A stretch of DNA of 64,000 nt, from assembly GCF_004010195.1 (NCBI RefSeq), contig NC_057759.1:1-64000 (forward strand), read 5' to 3'. Source of the DNA: Chiloscyllium plagiosum (taxonomy: Eukaryota). The translations under genes and the position numbers were made by a program. The notes below the pieces were generated by a model, which had not been told where the DNA came from, searched no databases, and worked only from the letters and a program-made list of their open reading frames with translations. This document shows, piece after piece, positions 1-12,650 of the stretch (the first letter of the stretch is position 1; each line of letters opens with the position of its first letter).

Positions 1-144
1 GGAGACACAGGGATGAAATTAGAGGGTTTTTAAAAAAATCACGAGTGGCATTGAAACTGTAAATAGACATGGAGTTTTCCCTGGGGTGGGGGCAAGGCAA
101 AGAGTTAAGATTTAAAAGGGACCCATTTCCCTCGGACTAATGCA

Positions 145-310
145 CCTAACACTGTGGGCAATTTAGCATGGCCAATTCACCTGACCTATACATCTTTGGA
201 CTGTGGGAGAAAACCCACAGAGAACGTGCAAACTCCACACGGTCACCCAAGGCTGGAATCGAACCTGGGACCCTGATGCTGTGAGGCAACAGTGCTAACC
301 ACTGAGTCAC
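145..310 (-). mobile_element. Partial, diverged HE1-type SINE
   Basis: gggcaatttagcatggccaattcacctgacc...agtgctaaccactg. Confidence 0.8.
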
Positions 311-511
311 TTGGACAGAAGGCCTCCTGTCTTCTAAACTCCTAAAGTTTAGGGATTTGTTCACAGAATTTGGAATCAATCGTGCTCCAGAGTGAGAGAG
401 AAACCCGAAACCATTTCTTTGACGTGAAGTTCCTATGTTAATTTGGTCTGTTCTTTCTTCAGTTGAAGATGACAAATGAAGACAATTCATGCCTGTCACC
501 AGAAGGAACTT

Positions 512-676
512 CTATCTTTCACCAGCAGGGGCAGCAGAGTTCTGTGACTCACTCCTCCGAATGTTCTGGTAGATAGACGAGCCATTATTTTCCTGCTTTC
601 TGGCACCCGCATCTTGGACCCTTGTCCTTTCAAGGTGTATTAACGATGCGTAAGTCACATGACTGTCAGTCTCCCT
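512..676 (-). CDS. Last coding exon of the immunoreceptor: RETDSHVTYASLIHLERTRVQDAGARKQENNGSSIYQNIRRSESQNSAAPAGER*
   Basis: Acceptor ttgtcttttctcttgtag|AGG, phase 0; open to TAG at 514-512; ITIM VTYASL and ITIM-like SIYQNI. Confidence 0.8.
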   Translation of the reverse strand, partial: RETDSHVTYASLIHLERTRVQDAGARKQENNGSSIYQNIRRSESQNSAAPAGER

Positions 677-779
677 CTACAAGAGAAAAGACAATGTCTT
701 AATCCAAGGCTCATTGCATTTTCTGACCATTTCTGCAATTGTCCTTAAACAAAGGGGCTGATGGACAGGAAATTGAAGC

Positions 780-2240
780 AGGAATATTGGCCACATGGCC
801 CTTCCATCCTCCTCCAATGGGATTGCCCAAATCAGTCTCCTATTTCCCACTTTCTCCCTTTAGCCTCCAAGTACTCTACCCAAATCATCCTTGAACAACA
901 TTCAATGTTCTGGCCCTGATTGCTTTCTGTGGTAGAGAATTCCACAGTCTCCCCATTCTCTGGGTGAAGACATTTCTCCTCATCTCAGCTCTACAACCTG
1001 TCTCCTTTAGACTATGACCCCTTGGTTTGGAACTCCTCCCCATTACTTCTGTTAGGGGGAACATGCTTCCTGTTTTTACCCTGTTGGAATTGGATAGGTT
1101 TCCTTCCACCCCCAATCTTCCAAACTCTAGTAAGTATAATCCTAACTAATTCAGTCCTTATTTGTTAGTCCTGCCATCTCAGGAATCAGTCTGAGGCAGT
1201 GAAGAAGGCAGTCATTTATTAAAAATAATTAGAACTGAATAAAGGTTACTTTCCCACTTTGAGACCCAACCACCCCACTGTAAGCCTGGAGTTACTTACA
1301 GTCAAAGTCAAATAGCACCAAAACAGGCCCTTCAATCCAATAGTCCATTCTGAACATAATCCCAAACTTCATTGGTTCCACGTGCCTGCGGTTGTCCTAT
1401 ATCCTTTCAAAAATATCTTAATCATGTACTTATCTAAATGGCTTTTAAATATTATAAATTGTGTCTGTATCCATCACTTATTCTGCAAATTCATTCTACA
1501 CACAAATCACTCTGTAAGAAAAAGTGTCAATTATGTCTGTATAAAATCTCTCTCCTCTCAACTTAAAAATGCCCTCTAAATTTGAAACCGCCCACAACTG
1601 CCATTCACCTTATCTATGCCCCTCATTATTTTATAAACATCTATAAAGTCACCTCTTAACCTCCCACACTCCAGTGAAAAATGTCCCAACTTATCAAACC
1701 CCTCCTTATAACTCAAACCTTCAATTTCCAACAACATCCAAGCAAATTGCTTCTGAACCCTTTCCAGCTTAATAATTTCATTCCTATAACAAGGAGACCA
1801 GAACTGGATACAATACTCCAGAACAGACCTCACCACCATCCTGTTTAACCTCAATAGGATATCCCAAATTCTATACTCAAAAGTCTGAGCAATAAAAGCA
1901 AGTATGCTAAACGCCTCCTTAACCTCCCTATCTATATATGGTGCAAACTTCAGAAATCCCCAACGTTCATCAACACCATCAATGGCTCTACTTTTAATTG
2001 TATAGGTCCTGTCTTGTTTGTTTTACCAAAATGCATTACTTCACATTTATCCAAATTTGACACCATCTGCCACTTTCAGCCCATTGACCAATTAATTTGT
2101 GATATTAGATAACCTTCTTCATTATCCACTATATTACTAACCCTGGTGTCATCTGCAAACTTTCTAACTATGCTTTCTATATTCTCATCGAAATCATATA
2201 TATAAACAAGAAACAAAAATGGACTCAGTCTTCCTGGACA
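780..2240 (-). mobile_element. Degenerate CR1 3' fragments (two pieces)
   Basis: LEYCIQFWSP, RLRGDFIDVYKIM, KFADDTRV, VFTQRMGRLWNSLPQ. Confidence 0.85.
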
Positions 2241-2924
2241 CTGAAGCTCTCTATGACGCTGCTTGAAGTTCAAGATCGTGGACCTTAAATGATCAGGTGG
2301 CACTTACTACCAGTCTTTAAAAGCGGCAACTTGTCCATCCAGCTGCATCTGGGTCATTACAATTTGGGTCTGAACACTTTAGTGATGAGTCAGAGCAGTA
2401 GTAGACAAAGAAAAGAAAGCATATGCTTCACCAGATCTCACTAACTGTTCAGAGAATCTGCCAGTTCAGTTGCATAAAGAGCAACAGCAAAAATGTATTA
2501 TCCTGAGTAAATGACATCCTTGCATTGAGGGAGAGCTGATGACACTTTAGTGATGATTGGGTCCAGTTGCTACAAATGTCCTTGATCTCAGCTGTCTACA
2601 GAACACTTTGAGACATGCATTGTTCTGCAGAAAGTGTTAGTTGCATAAAGCTTACAGTAGCTGCCAAGATTAAATAGTCACTGTCGGCTCATGTTTATAT
2701 TTATCAAGCCATGATTTCTGAGCCCTTAGCGCCATTCCTTGTTATGTGTCCATCTTGCATTGCAGCCACCCAGTAGATTAACATATTATGATAGGTATTC
2801 TATTGACAGGTCATTTGTCTCCAGTGGCACACCAGGCATTACAGAATAGATAACACAGGAAAGCCAGATTGGGTACATATTTCCTTCGATCAAGGACATC
2901 AATTTTCTTGAAAACATATACAGT

Positions 2925-3250
2925 CGTAGGATGTGTGTGTGACTGGCTGGGCCAACATTTATTGCCCATCCCTAATTGCCAATAGGGCAGTTAAGAGTCA
3001 GCCACATTGTTGTGTTGTCTGGAGTTATATGTCGGCCAGACTGGGTAAAGATGACAGAATTTCTTCCAAAGAGGACTTTAGTGACTCAGATGGGACTCTG
3101 TCCTGTCAATGGTCTTTATTGGATTCTAAATGCAAGACTTTTATTGAATTCAAATTCACCCCCTTGCCATGGCAGGATTTGCACCCAGGTCACTGGAACA
3201 TCACCTGGGAGTCTGTATAAATAGGCTAGCAATAATACCATTCAGCCCTG
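2925..3250 (-). mobile_element. Old SINE/LINE 3' relic (SacSINE/DeuSINE-like); related pieces at ~6725-6920 and ~61975-62165
   Basis: Shared motif ttattgcccatccctaattgcc...tctggagtcacatgcaggccaga in all three places. Confidence 0.5.
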
Positions 3251-3349
3251 ACCTTAACTTACTAGATCAGAGAGCTAGTTGGGTGTTTGTAACATGGTTC
3301 ATTTGATCACATCCACTTCTAATGATTAATAGATGTGGTTCTATGTCAT

Positions 3350-4930
3350 GCATTAGTTAAATTGAAGTCAATACTTATTATTTAATTGGAGAAAGACTGC
3401 AGAAAGCTGCACACCTAAGGATTTGGGAGTCCTCGTCCGAGAATCTCAAAACAAAAGCTATTGTCCAAGTTAAGCAGGTCATAATAGCCTTTATTTCAAA
3501 GGGAATGGAATATAAAAGTCAGGAGACTTTACTTAAACTATACAAGGCACTAGATATACCACATCTGTGATACAGTAATCAGTCTTAGGCCTTCATATTT
3601 AAGGAGAGATAGGCTTGGCATTGGAGGTAGTCCAGAGAAGGTTCACATTCTCCCCGTGTCTGCGTGAGTTTCCTCCGGGTGCTCTGGTTTCCTCCCACAA
3701 TCCAAAAATGTGCAGGTTAGGTGAATTGTCCAACCTAAATTGCCTGTAGTGTTAGGCTTTATTCCTGATGAAGGGCTTTTGCCCGAAATGTTGATTTTGC
3801 TGCTCCTTGGATGCTGCCTGAACTGCTGTGCTCTTCCAGCACCACTAATCCAGAGAAGGTTCAGTCAGTTGATCCAGATATAGAGGACTGTGTCTTGAGG
3901 AAGGGTTTGGGTAGGTCTAGCCTGTCCTCATCTGGTGTTTAGAAGAAAGAAAGGCGACCTTATTGAAGATTCTCAAATGACTTTACTTGAGGAGAGATGC
4001 AGATCAAGGTTGTTTCCCCCCGTGTGGAAGAGTCTGGGACCAGACAAGTATCAAATCAGAATGTGGCAGGCCGAGGAAGGGGAAAGGGGGTTTGTCGCCC
4101 ATTGAAGACTGAAACGAGGAATTTCTTCTTTTCAAGGGGAAACAGTCTGTTGAATTCTTCACTGCAGAGGGCGGTCAAGGTTAGGTCGTGAAGTATATTC
4201 AAGGCTGAGATTTTTAATCAGGAAGAGGAATTGAAGGTTATGTGATGAAAGTGAAGTTGAGGATTATCAAATCAGCTGCACTAAGTGGAGCAGACCTTAA
4301 GGACCTGTTGCCACTCCTACGTCTGATCATTTTAATGGACTTGGGGAAGAATAATGCGTCTCAGACATAGATGATAAGTGCAGGATCCTACAATCCCACA
4401 ATCCTGGCAGGGCAGGTTAATAGTTAAGAAGGCATTCAGGACACTTCCCTTTATCAGTCGAGGTATAGATTATAAGAGCGGGTAGGTGATATCAGAACCG
4501 AACAGGATTTCGGTGAGGCCACCGCTAGATAACTATAGGAAAGGATGTGATTGCAGTGGAGGGGGTGCAGAGCAGATTCACGGCGATGTTGCCTGGGATG
4601 TGTCACATTTCAGCAATGAGGAGAGGTTGGATAAGCTCGGATTGTTCTGTTGGAGCAGAGAAGGTTGAGGGGTGACCTGATAGAGGTGTATGAGACTGTG
4701 AGAGACACATAGCTGTAAGGCACGTTTCCAATGGGTAAAGGAATCAGTAAGCAGAGGTCATGGATTTAGAGCTAACAGGGGATTTGCAGATAATATTATT
4801 TGTCCAGAGGATGGTGGGCTATCTGGAACTGACTGCCTCTAAAAGTGGGAGATACAGAAATCCTCGTTACATCAAAGAAATATTTAGATGTACAACTGCA
4901 TTGCCATAGCTCCCAGAGGATAAGGGTGAA
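3350..4930 (+). mobile_element. Degenerate CR1 3' fragments with small SINE and Penelope-end inserts (~3640-3855)
   Basis: Decayed RT C-terminal and 3' region motifs (e.g. gagaaggttgaggggtgacctgatagagg). Confidence 0.7.
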
Positions 4931-5021
4931 AAAGCAAAAAAGTGAGAGTTTTGCTTTCAGACCTTTGCTGATAAGAACCGCTTCTTGTCCTGTAAAGGTC
5001 TATGAAGTAACGAGAACTTAC

Positions 5022-5047
5022 TGATTCTCTTCTTTCCCTGATGTAAC
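5022..5047 (-). CDS. Cytoplasmic micro-exon of the immunoreceptor: (G)YIRERRES
   Basis: Long pyrimidine tract tttttcttttctggttgtttctccag| and donor TCA|gtaagt; 26 nt, converts phase 1 to phase 0 exactly as needed to join the flanking exons. Confidence 0.7.
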
Positions 5048-6027
5048 CTGGAGAAACAACCAGAAAAGAAAAAGATTTTAGTGCACAATATGGCTAGGGA
5101 TTGCATTTTCTGTCTCCTTTGGCATTGTGTATCAGTTAAGAAAACGGGGTACACGAGCAGAGGCAGCTGGGCAGTATATGTGCACAGATGACTGAAGGTG
5201 GCAGGACAGGGAGAGAGCGTGGTTACTAAAGCACACAGCATCCAAGAACAGGAGGTGATGTTGAATTTGTACAAGGCACTTGCTGGACATCAGCTAGAAT
5301 ATAGGTGCAGCTGTGTTTACCAAATTATAGAAAAGATATGAATGCATCTCAGTGAGAGAGAGAGCACCGAAGCAGTTTTGATTTTATTTATTGTTGTCAC
5401 ACGCACAGAAACACAGTGAAAAATTTTGTTTTGCATGCTCCACAGGCAGATCATAAAATACAAAGTGCATCAGGGAAACAGAACAGAATGCAGAATACAG
5501 TGTTAAAGCTGTAAGGAAGGTGCAATCAACATTAAAATTTGAGAGGTCATTTCAAAAGTCTGATAACAGCGGGGAAGAAGGTATTCTTTTTCTGTTGTTA
5601 TCTATATTCAAACTTCTTCAGAAGTAATAGAGTGTAGCCAGGCTGAGAGGACTCTATGATTATGTTGGCTGCTTTCCTGAGGCAGTGGGAAATGTAGGTG
5701 GAGTCAGTGGATGGAAAGTTAGCTTGTGTGATAGAGTTACAAGAACCAGGTACCAGGGACGATAACCTCCAACGATGACGATACTGAAAGACTATGCTCC
5801 CTTGGAGAAGCAGAGAGAGAGGGATGTGTTCAAAATCACGAGCAGGGGTTGGACAGAGTCAATAGGGAGAAGCTGTTCCTGCTGACAAGAGGAACAAAAC
5901 TGAGAGTGAGTGGGTGGGGGACTCATAGATTTATGGAAACAAAGCAATTTGGGGAAGAAACATGAAGAATAAACCTTTTCACCCAGCGAGTAGTTTGGGT
6001 GTAGAGTACACTGCCTGGGCCACCTTT

Positions 6028-6347
6028 GTGGGCGGCACGGTGGTACAGTGGTTAGCACTGCTGCCTCGCAGCGCCAGAGACCCGGGTTCAATTCCCGCCT
6101 CAGGCGACTGACTGTGTGGAGTTTGCACGTTCTCCCCGTGTCTGCGTGGGTTTCCTCCGGGTGCTCCGGTTTCCTCCCACCATCCAAAGATGTGCAGGAT
6201 CAGGTGAATTGGCCATACTAAATTGCCTGTAGTGTTAGGTAAGGGGTAAATGTAGGGGTATGGGTGGGTTTCGCTTCGGCGGGTCGGTGTGGACTTGTTG
6301 GGCCGAAGGGCCTGTTTCCACACTGTAATCTAATCTAATCTAATCTA
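6028..6347 (+). mobile_element. HE1-type tRNA-derived SINE with (TAATC)n tail
   Basis: GTGGTACAGTGG A-box-like head, GGTTCAATTCC B box, CR1-like 3' end gggccgaagggcctgtttccacactgtaatc. Confidence 0.9.
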
Positions 6348-7744
6348 AAAAAAAATGTGTTGGAGGTAGGTTCAATGGGGAAGGGGAGTTGGACAGAAAT
6401 GGGCTGCACAAGGGTTTGGGAAGAAAGGCACAAGGGGCTACATTTATGTCAAGCTGTGAAGAAAGAAGTTGGTTTCAGTCAGTCCCAACATACCCACACT
6501 ATCTGATACATTCAATTCCAGATATCCCTGGAGGAGTACAGGTATGCTTGACAAAGCCTTTGTGATAGGCGGAGATGTGTTGGACTACGTTATCTCACTG
6601 AAAGAATGCATCACAGATTAAGGGAATGATGAAGTTCGGTAAGGAATCTCATATGACTTTGAACAGCACTGCAGACCAATGACCGGATTCTGTGTCTATG
6701 TGCAGTAAAACAACAACGGACTGGACCCACCATTTACTGCTCCCATCCCTAATTGTTTCCGAGGAAAGTTCGGTGTTAACCACATTGTTGAGAGTCTGGA
6801 GTCACATGCAGGACCAGACTAGATAGGGAAGGAGATTTCTCTCTCTGAAGGACACCAGTGAACCAGATGGGTTTTTGTTCTGATTTATAATATCACAGTT
6901 TCACGCTCACTGTTAGTAAGACAAAGTTAAAAATCTTTGGGACACTAGCTACCTGATGAAGGAGCAACACTCTGAAAGATGTTACTTTAAAATAAACCTG
7001 TTGGATTCTACACTGATGTTGTGAGACTTTTAACTTTGTCCATCCCAGTCCAATACTGGCACTTCCTCATCATGTTGGTAAGGTGATCGCTTGGTTTGCG
7101 GGTGATGCAAAAATAGATGGGATTGCAAGTGGTGAGTATGCCATGAAAATGGGGTTCAGTGAATGGGCAAAAAACATTGAATATAACATGCAGAAATATA
7201 AGGTGATGCAGGAAGAACAGAGGAGTTGAAGATTATTTAAGCTATGAGTCTGAGGGATTTGACAGTCCTCATCCGTGAATTACAAAAAGCTAGTGTTTAA
7301 ATTCAGCAGGTGAGACCCGATCATATGATTAAGGAGCAGAATTAGGCCCATCAGGTCTCCTCTGCCATTCGATCATGGATAATATCTTTCTCAATCCAAT
7401 CTTCCTGCCTTCTACCCATAACCATTGATCCCCTTATTAATCAGAATCTATCCATCTCTGTCTTAAAGACACTTCATGACTTGATCTCCACAGTCCTCTG
7501 TCGCAGTGGGTTTCACAGACTGACCATCTTCTGGCTGAAGAAATTCCTCCTCATCTCTGTTCTAAAGGGTCGTCCATTCGACGATTGTGCCGTTACGTCC
7601 TTGTCTCTCCTACTCGTGGAAACATCTCCATGTGCACGCTATCCAGGCCTCTCAGTATTCTGTAAGTTAATTGATCACCCCACATCCTTCTAAACTTCAT
7701 CAAGAACAGACCCAGAATCCTCAACTGCACCTAATTTGACAAGT

Positions 7745-10700
7745 TAGGAAAGGTGAGGTCACCCTGTTAGGAGTCTTTTACAGGCCTCCTAATAGTCCTA
7801 GAATCATTGAAGAAAGGATTGGGAAGGTGATTCAGGAGATGAGTGACAGTAATAGGGTGGTTGTTATGGGGGACTTTAACTTTCCGATTATTGATTGGGA
7901 AAGCTATAGCTCAAGTTCGTTAGATGGGACAGTGTTTGTTCAATGTGTGCAGGAGAGTCTCCTGACACAATATGTAGACAGGCCAACAAGAGGTGAGGCC
8001 ATACTGGATTTGGTTCTGGGTAACGAACCAGGCCAGGTGTTAGAATTAGAGGTAGGTGAGCACTTTGGGGATAGTGACCATAATTCGGTGATTTTTACAC
8101 CCGTGATGGAGAGGGATAAGTGTGTACTACAGGGCAAGAATTATAGCTGGGGTAAGGGAAATTATGATGCGGTGAGGCATGACTTAGGATGTGTGGCTTG
8201 GAAAAGTAGACTCCAAGGCAAGAGTGTAAATGATATGTGGAACTTGTCCAAGGGGCAACTATTGAGTGTCCTTGATAATTATGTACCTGTCAGGCAGGAA
8301 GGAAAGGGTCGTGCGAGGGAGCCGTGGTTTAATAAGGAATTGGAATCCCTTGTTAAATGGAAGAGGGCAGCCTATCTCAAGATGAGACGTGAAGGTTCAA
8401 TTGGGGCGATTGAGAGTTATAGGGTAGCCAGGAAGGACCTGAAGAGAGAGCTAAAAGCAGCAAGGAGGGGACATGAAAGGTCCTTAGTCGGTAGGATTAG
8501 GGAAAACCCTAAGGCTTTCTATAGGTATGTTAGGAATAAAAGAATGACTAGGGTAGGAATAGGTCCAGTCAAGGATAGTAGTGGGAAGTTGCGTGTGGAG
8601 GCGGAAGAGATTGGGGAGACACTGAATGAATACTTTTCTTCAGTATTCACTCAGGAACAGGGCATTGTCGATGAGAATACTGAGGCACAAATAAGTAGAA
8701 TGGATGGCCTTGAGGTATGTAGAGAAGAGGTGTTGGAAATCCTGGAAAAGGTGAAAATAGATAAGTCCCCTGGGCCTGATGGCATTTATCCTAGGATTCT
8801 CTGGGAAGCAAGGGAGGAGATTGCAGAGCCATTGGCCTTAATTTTTATGTCCTCTTTGTCTACAGGAGTAGTCCCAGAAGACTGGAGGATAGCAAATGTG
8901 GTTCCCTTGTTCAAAAAGGGGAGTAGGGATAACCCTAGTAACTATAGGCCGGTGAGTCTCACTTCTGTTGTGGGCAAAGTCTTAGAGAGAATTGTAAGGG
9001 ATAGGATTTATGAACATCTGGATAGGAATAATGTGATCAAGGATAGTCAGCATGGTTTTGTGAAGGGCAAGTCGTGCCTCACAAACCTTATTGAATTCTT
9101 TGAAAAGGTGACGAAGGAGGTTGATGAGGGGAAAGCGGTAGATGTGGTATATATGGATTTTAGTAAGGCGTTTGATAAGGTTCCCCATGGTAAGCTACTT
9201 CAAAAAATACGGAGGTATGGCATTGAGGATGAGTTGGAGGTTTGGATTAGGAGTTAGCTGGCTGGAAGAAGACAGAGGGTAGTAGTTGATGGCAAAGGTT
9301 CATCTTGGAGTGCCGTCACTAGCGGTGTTCCACAAGGATCTCTTTTGGGACCATTGCTGTTTGTCATTTTTATAAATGACCTGGAAGAGGGGTTAGAAGG
9401 TTGGGTGAGCAAGTTTGCGGATGATACAAAAGTCGGACGAGTTGTTGACAGTGAGGAAGNNNNNNNNNNNNNNNNNNNNNNNNNNNNNNNNNNNNNNNNN
9501 NNNNNNNNNNNNNNNNNNNNNNNNNNNNNNNNNNNNNNNNNNNNNNNNNNNNNNNNNNNNNNNNNNNNNNNNNNNNNNNNNNNNNNNNNNNNNNNNNNNN
9601 NNNNNNNNNNNNNNNNNNNNNNNNNNNNNNNNNNNNNNNNNNNNNNNNNNNNNNNNNNNNNNNNNNNNNNNNNNNNNNNNNNNNNNNNNNNNNNNNNNNN
9701 NNNNNNNNNNNNNNNNNNNNNNNNNNNNNNNNNNNNNNNNNNNNNNNNNNNNNNNNNNNNNNNNNNNNNNNNNNNNNNNNNNNNNNNNNNNNNNNNNNNN
9801 NNNNNNNNNNNNNNNNNNNNNNNNNNNNNNNNNNNNNNNNNNNNNNNNNNNNNNNNNNNNNNNNNNNNNNNNNNNNNNNNNNNNNNNNNNNNNNNNNNNN
9901 NNNNNNNNNNNNNNNNNNNNNNNNNNNNNNNNNNNNNNNNNNNNNNNNNNNNNNNNNNNNNNNNNNNNNNNNNNNNNNNNNNNNNNNNNNNNNNNNNNNN
10001 NNNNNNNNNNNNNNNNNNNNNNNNNNNNNNNNNNNNNNNNNNNNNNNNNNNNNNNNNNNNNNNNNNNNNNNNNNNNNNNNNNNNNNNNNNNNNNNNNNNN
10101 NNNNNNNNNNNNNNNNNNNNNNNNNNNNNNNNNNNNNNNNNNNNNNNNNNNNNNNNNNNNNNNNNNNNNNNNNNNNNNNNNNNNNNNNNNNNNNNNNNNN
10201 NNNNNNNNNNNNNNNNNNNNNNNNNNNNNNNNNNNNNNNNNNNNNNNNNNNNNNNNNNNNNNNNNNNNNNNNNNNNNNNNNNNNNNNNNNNNNNNNNNNN
10301 NNNNNNNNNNNNNNNNNNNNNNNNNNNNNNNNNNNNNNNNNNNNNNNNNNNNNNNNNNNNNNNNNNNNNNNNNNNNNNNNNNNNNNNTTCTATGTTCTAT
10401 GTTCTATGTTCTATGTTCTATGTTCTATGTTCTATGTTCTATGTTCTATGTTCTATGTTCTATGTTCTATGTTCTATGTTCTATGTTCTATGTTCTATGT
10501 TCTATGTTCTATGTTCTATGTTCTATGTTCTATGTTCTATGTTCTATGTTCTATGTTCTATGTTCTATGTTCTATGTTCTATGTTCTATGTTCTATGTTC
10601 TATGTTCTATGTTCTATGTTCTATGTTCTATGTTCTATGTTCTATGTTCTATGTTCTATGTTCTATGTTCTATGTTCTATGTTCTATGTTCTATGTTCTA

Positions 10701-10768
10701 TGTTCTATGTTCTATGTTCTATGTTCTATGTTCTATGTTCTATGTTCTATGTTCTATGTTCTATGTTC
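7745..10768 (+). mobile_element. Young 5'-truncated CR1-clade LINE (HER1-like) ORF2 with endonuclease end and RT; gap inside; (TTCTATG)n tail
   Basis: 476-aa ORF with VMGDFNFP, GDSDHN, KSPGPDGIYP, NYRPVSLTSV, YMDFSKAFDKV; one TAG at 9255; then GPLLF..KFADDTK. Confidence 0.95.
10388..10768 (+). repeat. (TTCTATG)n microsatellite, about 54 copies, expanded CR1 3' tail
   Basis: Perfect heptamer run; the same motif ends the CR1 copies at ~15430 and ~53045. Confidence 0.95.
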
Positions 10769-11810
10769 TTAAGTCCTTCATCTTGGGATCATTCTTGTGA
10801 ACCTCCTCTGATCCTCCTATAAGGCCAGTACATTCCTTCGATACAGGGCCTAAAGCTGCTCATAATATTTCAACTGCAGTCTGACCAGATGCTTATACAG
10901 CAGCAGCAGTAGATCCCTGCTCTTGTATTCTAGCCCTCTTGAAATGAATTCTAGCATTGCATCTGACTTCATAACTGCCAACTGAAACTGCCTATTAACC
11001 TGCAAAGAATCTTGAACTAGCACTCCCAAGCCACTTTATGCTTCAGATTTCCCTAGTCTTTCCCGAAAATCGACTGCCTCTTCTCACCAATGTGTGTCGG
11101 GAAGGCAAATGGAATGCGGCCTTTATTTCGAAGAGAGGGCAGTATAAAAGTGGGGGTGCTTCTACTAAAACTGTCCAAGTCACTAGTCAGACCATACCTG
11201 GGATAAAGGTTTGGAGGTCCGTATCTGAGGAATGATAAGTTGGGGATTGGAGGCAGTTCAGAGAAGGTATGATCCCAGCTACAGTCCGTCTAATGAGGAA
11301 CTAGTTTGGACCTGTCCAATGAAGGTGTAGGTTGGGATTGTCCTGATTGGAGTTTAGAAGCAGAGGCAACTTTATTGAAGATTCTTCGAGGGACTTGACA
11401 GGGGAGATTCAGAGAGACGTTGTGTCCCCTTGTAAGGGTGAATCTAGGATCAAAGGGCATTGTCTCAGAACAAAGGAGGCACCCATTGAAGATGGAGGTG
11501 AGGAGGAATTTCTTCATGCCAAGGAGAACGAATCCATGGAATTCCTTATATCAGAGGACAGTCGAGGCTGGATCATGAAATATATTCAAGGCTGAGATTC
11601 TTAACCGGAAAGGAACATTGAGGACTATGGGGAGAAAATAAGAGTTGAAGATAATTAGATCAGCCACAATCTTGTTGAACAGTGGAACAGACTTGATGGG
11701 CTGAATGACCTAGTTCTGATCCTATAGTCGTATGGAGCCCATTCCTAGAAGATATAATCTTGTGTTTCCTTTCTGACAGAGCAATGCAAAGCTATTTTGA
11801 AACATTTTAC

Positions 11811-11876
11811 CTTCTTCTTTCCTCTTTGCTTGAACAACAGAGTACACAATATCGCCAGAAGTGGAGCCACTGACAT
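11811..11876 (-). CDS. Cytoplasmic exon 1 of the immunoreceptor: (D)VSGSTSGDIVYSVVQAKRKEE, ITIM IVYSVV
   Basis: Acceptor ttgttctttgtttcag|AT and donor AAG|gtaaaa; 66 nt, phase 1/1, in frame with the TM exon; matches ITIM consensus (I/V/L/S)xYxx(L/V). Confidence 0.85.
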
Positions 11877-12506
11877 CTGAAACAAAGAACAATATTTTTA
11901 AGTTTCGAGAAATAACTCGTGCAGGATTCTGGAGATCTGAGACCAATACAGAGCAGTGGAGAAACTCAGCAGGTCTGGCAGCATCTGTAGGGAGAGAGAG
12001 AACTCGTGTTAATTTTTCAGATCCAGTGTGAAACTCCATCAGAATGAAGGAGGGAGAGGTGGAAAGGTATTGGAATCAATGCTCTGACCGACGAAAGCAA
12101 ACATGCCAAACATCTTGTTAACCACCCTGCCTGCTTGTGATGTTACTTTCATAAAACTATGTAACTAAACCCCTAGGTCTCTCTGCTGATTAAGACTACC
12201 CAAGCCCTTACTATTATGTGTATAAGTCTTGCCCTTCTGTGTTTTACCAAAATACTTGAACTTGCATTTACTTTCCACTCCTCAATCCATTGACCAAATT
12301 GATTGAGGTTTCTTAGTAATCTTGCATAATCTTCCTCACTGCTGACTCGACCACCAATTTTGGTGCTATTTGCAAATGTACAGACCATGCTTCCCAAATC
12401 ATATATATGACAAACAACAGCTGACCAAGCACCAATCCCTACTTTTACCAGCAGCTGTACAAGGAAACGTTCCCTTTGTCTCTCACGTGCTCTGTCACAA
12501 ACTGAC

Positions 12507-12650
12507 CTCTGCTGGGTTGGGAATTGGAGATGTCCTGAACTCGTTCTTTCTGACGGAGTTTGCAAATAGCAAACAGAAGCAGGAAAGTGATGAGGAGAAC
12601 AGCAGCAACAGCAAAACCTCCAACCAGCAAGGCAAAAATCACAAGGGGAT
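12507..12650 (-). CDS. Transmembrane exon of putative inhibitory immunoreceptor: (D)PLVIFALLVGGFAVAAVLLITFLLLFAICKLRQKERVQDISNSQPSR
   Basis: Acceptor ctttgtctgtgttccag|AT and donor GAG|gtcagt; 144 nt, phase 1/1; about 25 uncharged hydrophobic residues followed by basic stop-transfer KLRQK. Confidence 0.85.

Larger units (their letters stand above)
7070..11730. mobile_element. Older CR1 fragments hosting the young CR1: plus-strand pieces 7070-7320 and 11095-11730; minus-strand pieces 7320-7744 and 10770-11095
   Basis: Degenerate RT and 3'-region sequence that continues across the insertion points; AAGT flanks both sides of the inner element. Confidence 0.7.

Noticed and set aside
5792..6323. 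Recurrent ORFs such as MWKQALRPNKSTPTRR and GRKPEHPEETHADTGRTCKLHT
   Set aside because: Translations of the HE1 SINE, found at every copy
6494..6597. Exon-like unit in the receptor intron (cattctttcag|...TGG|gtatgt)
   Set aside because: Stops in all three frames within a few codons; at most a poison exon, unsupported without RNA data
9345..10822. Long ORFs with MFYVLCS repeats
   Set aside because: Artefacts of an N-gap plus the (TTCTATG)n tail
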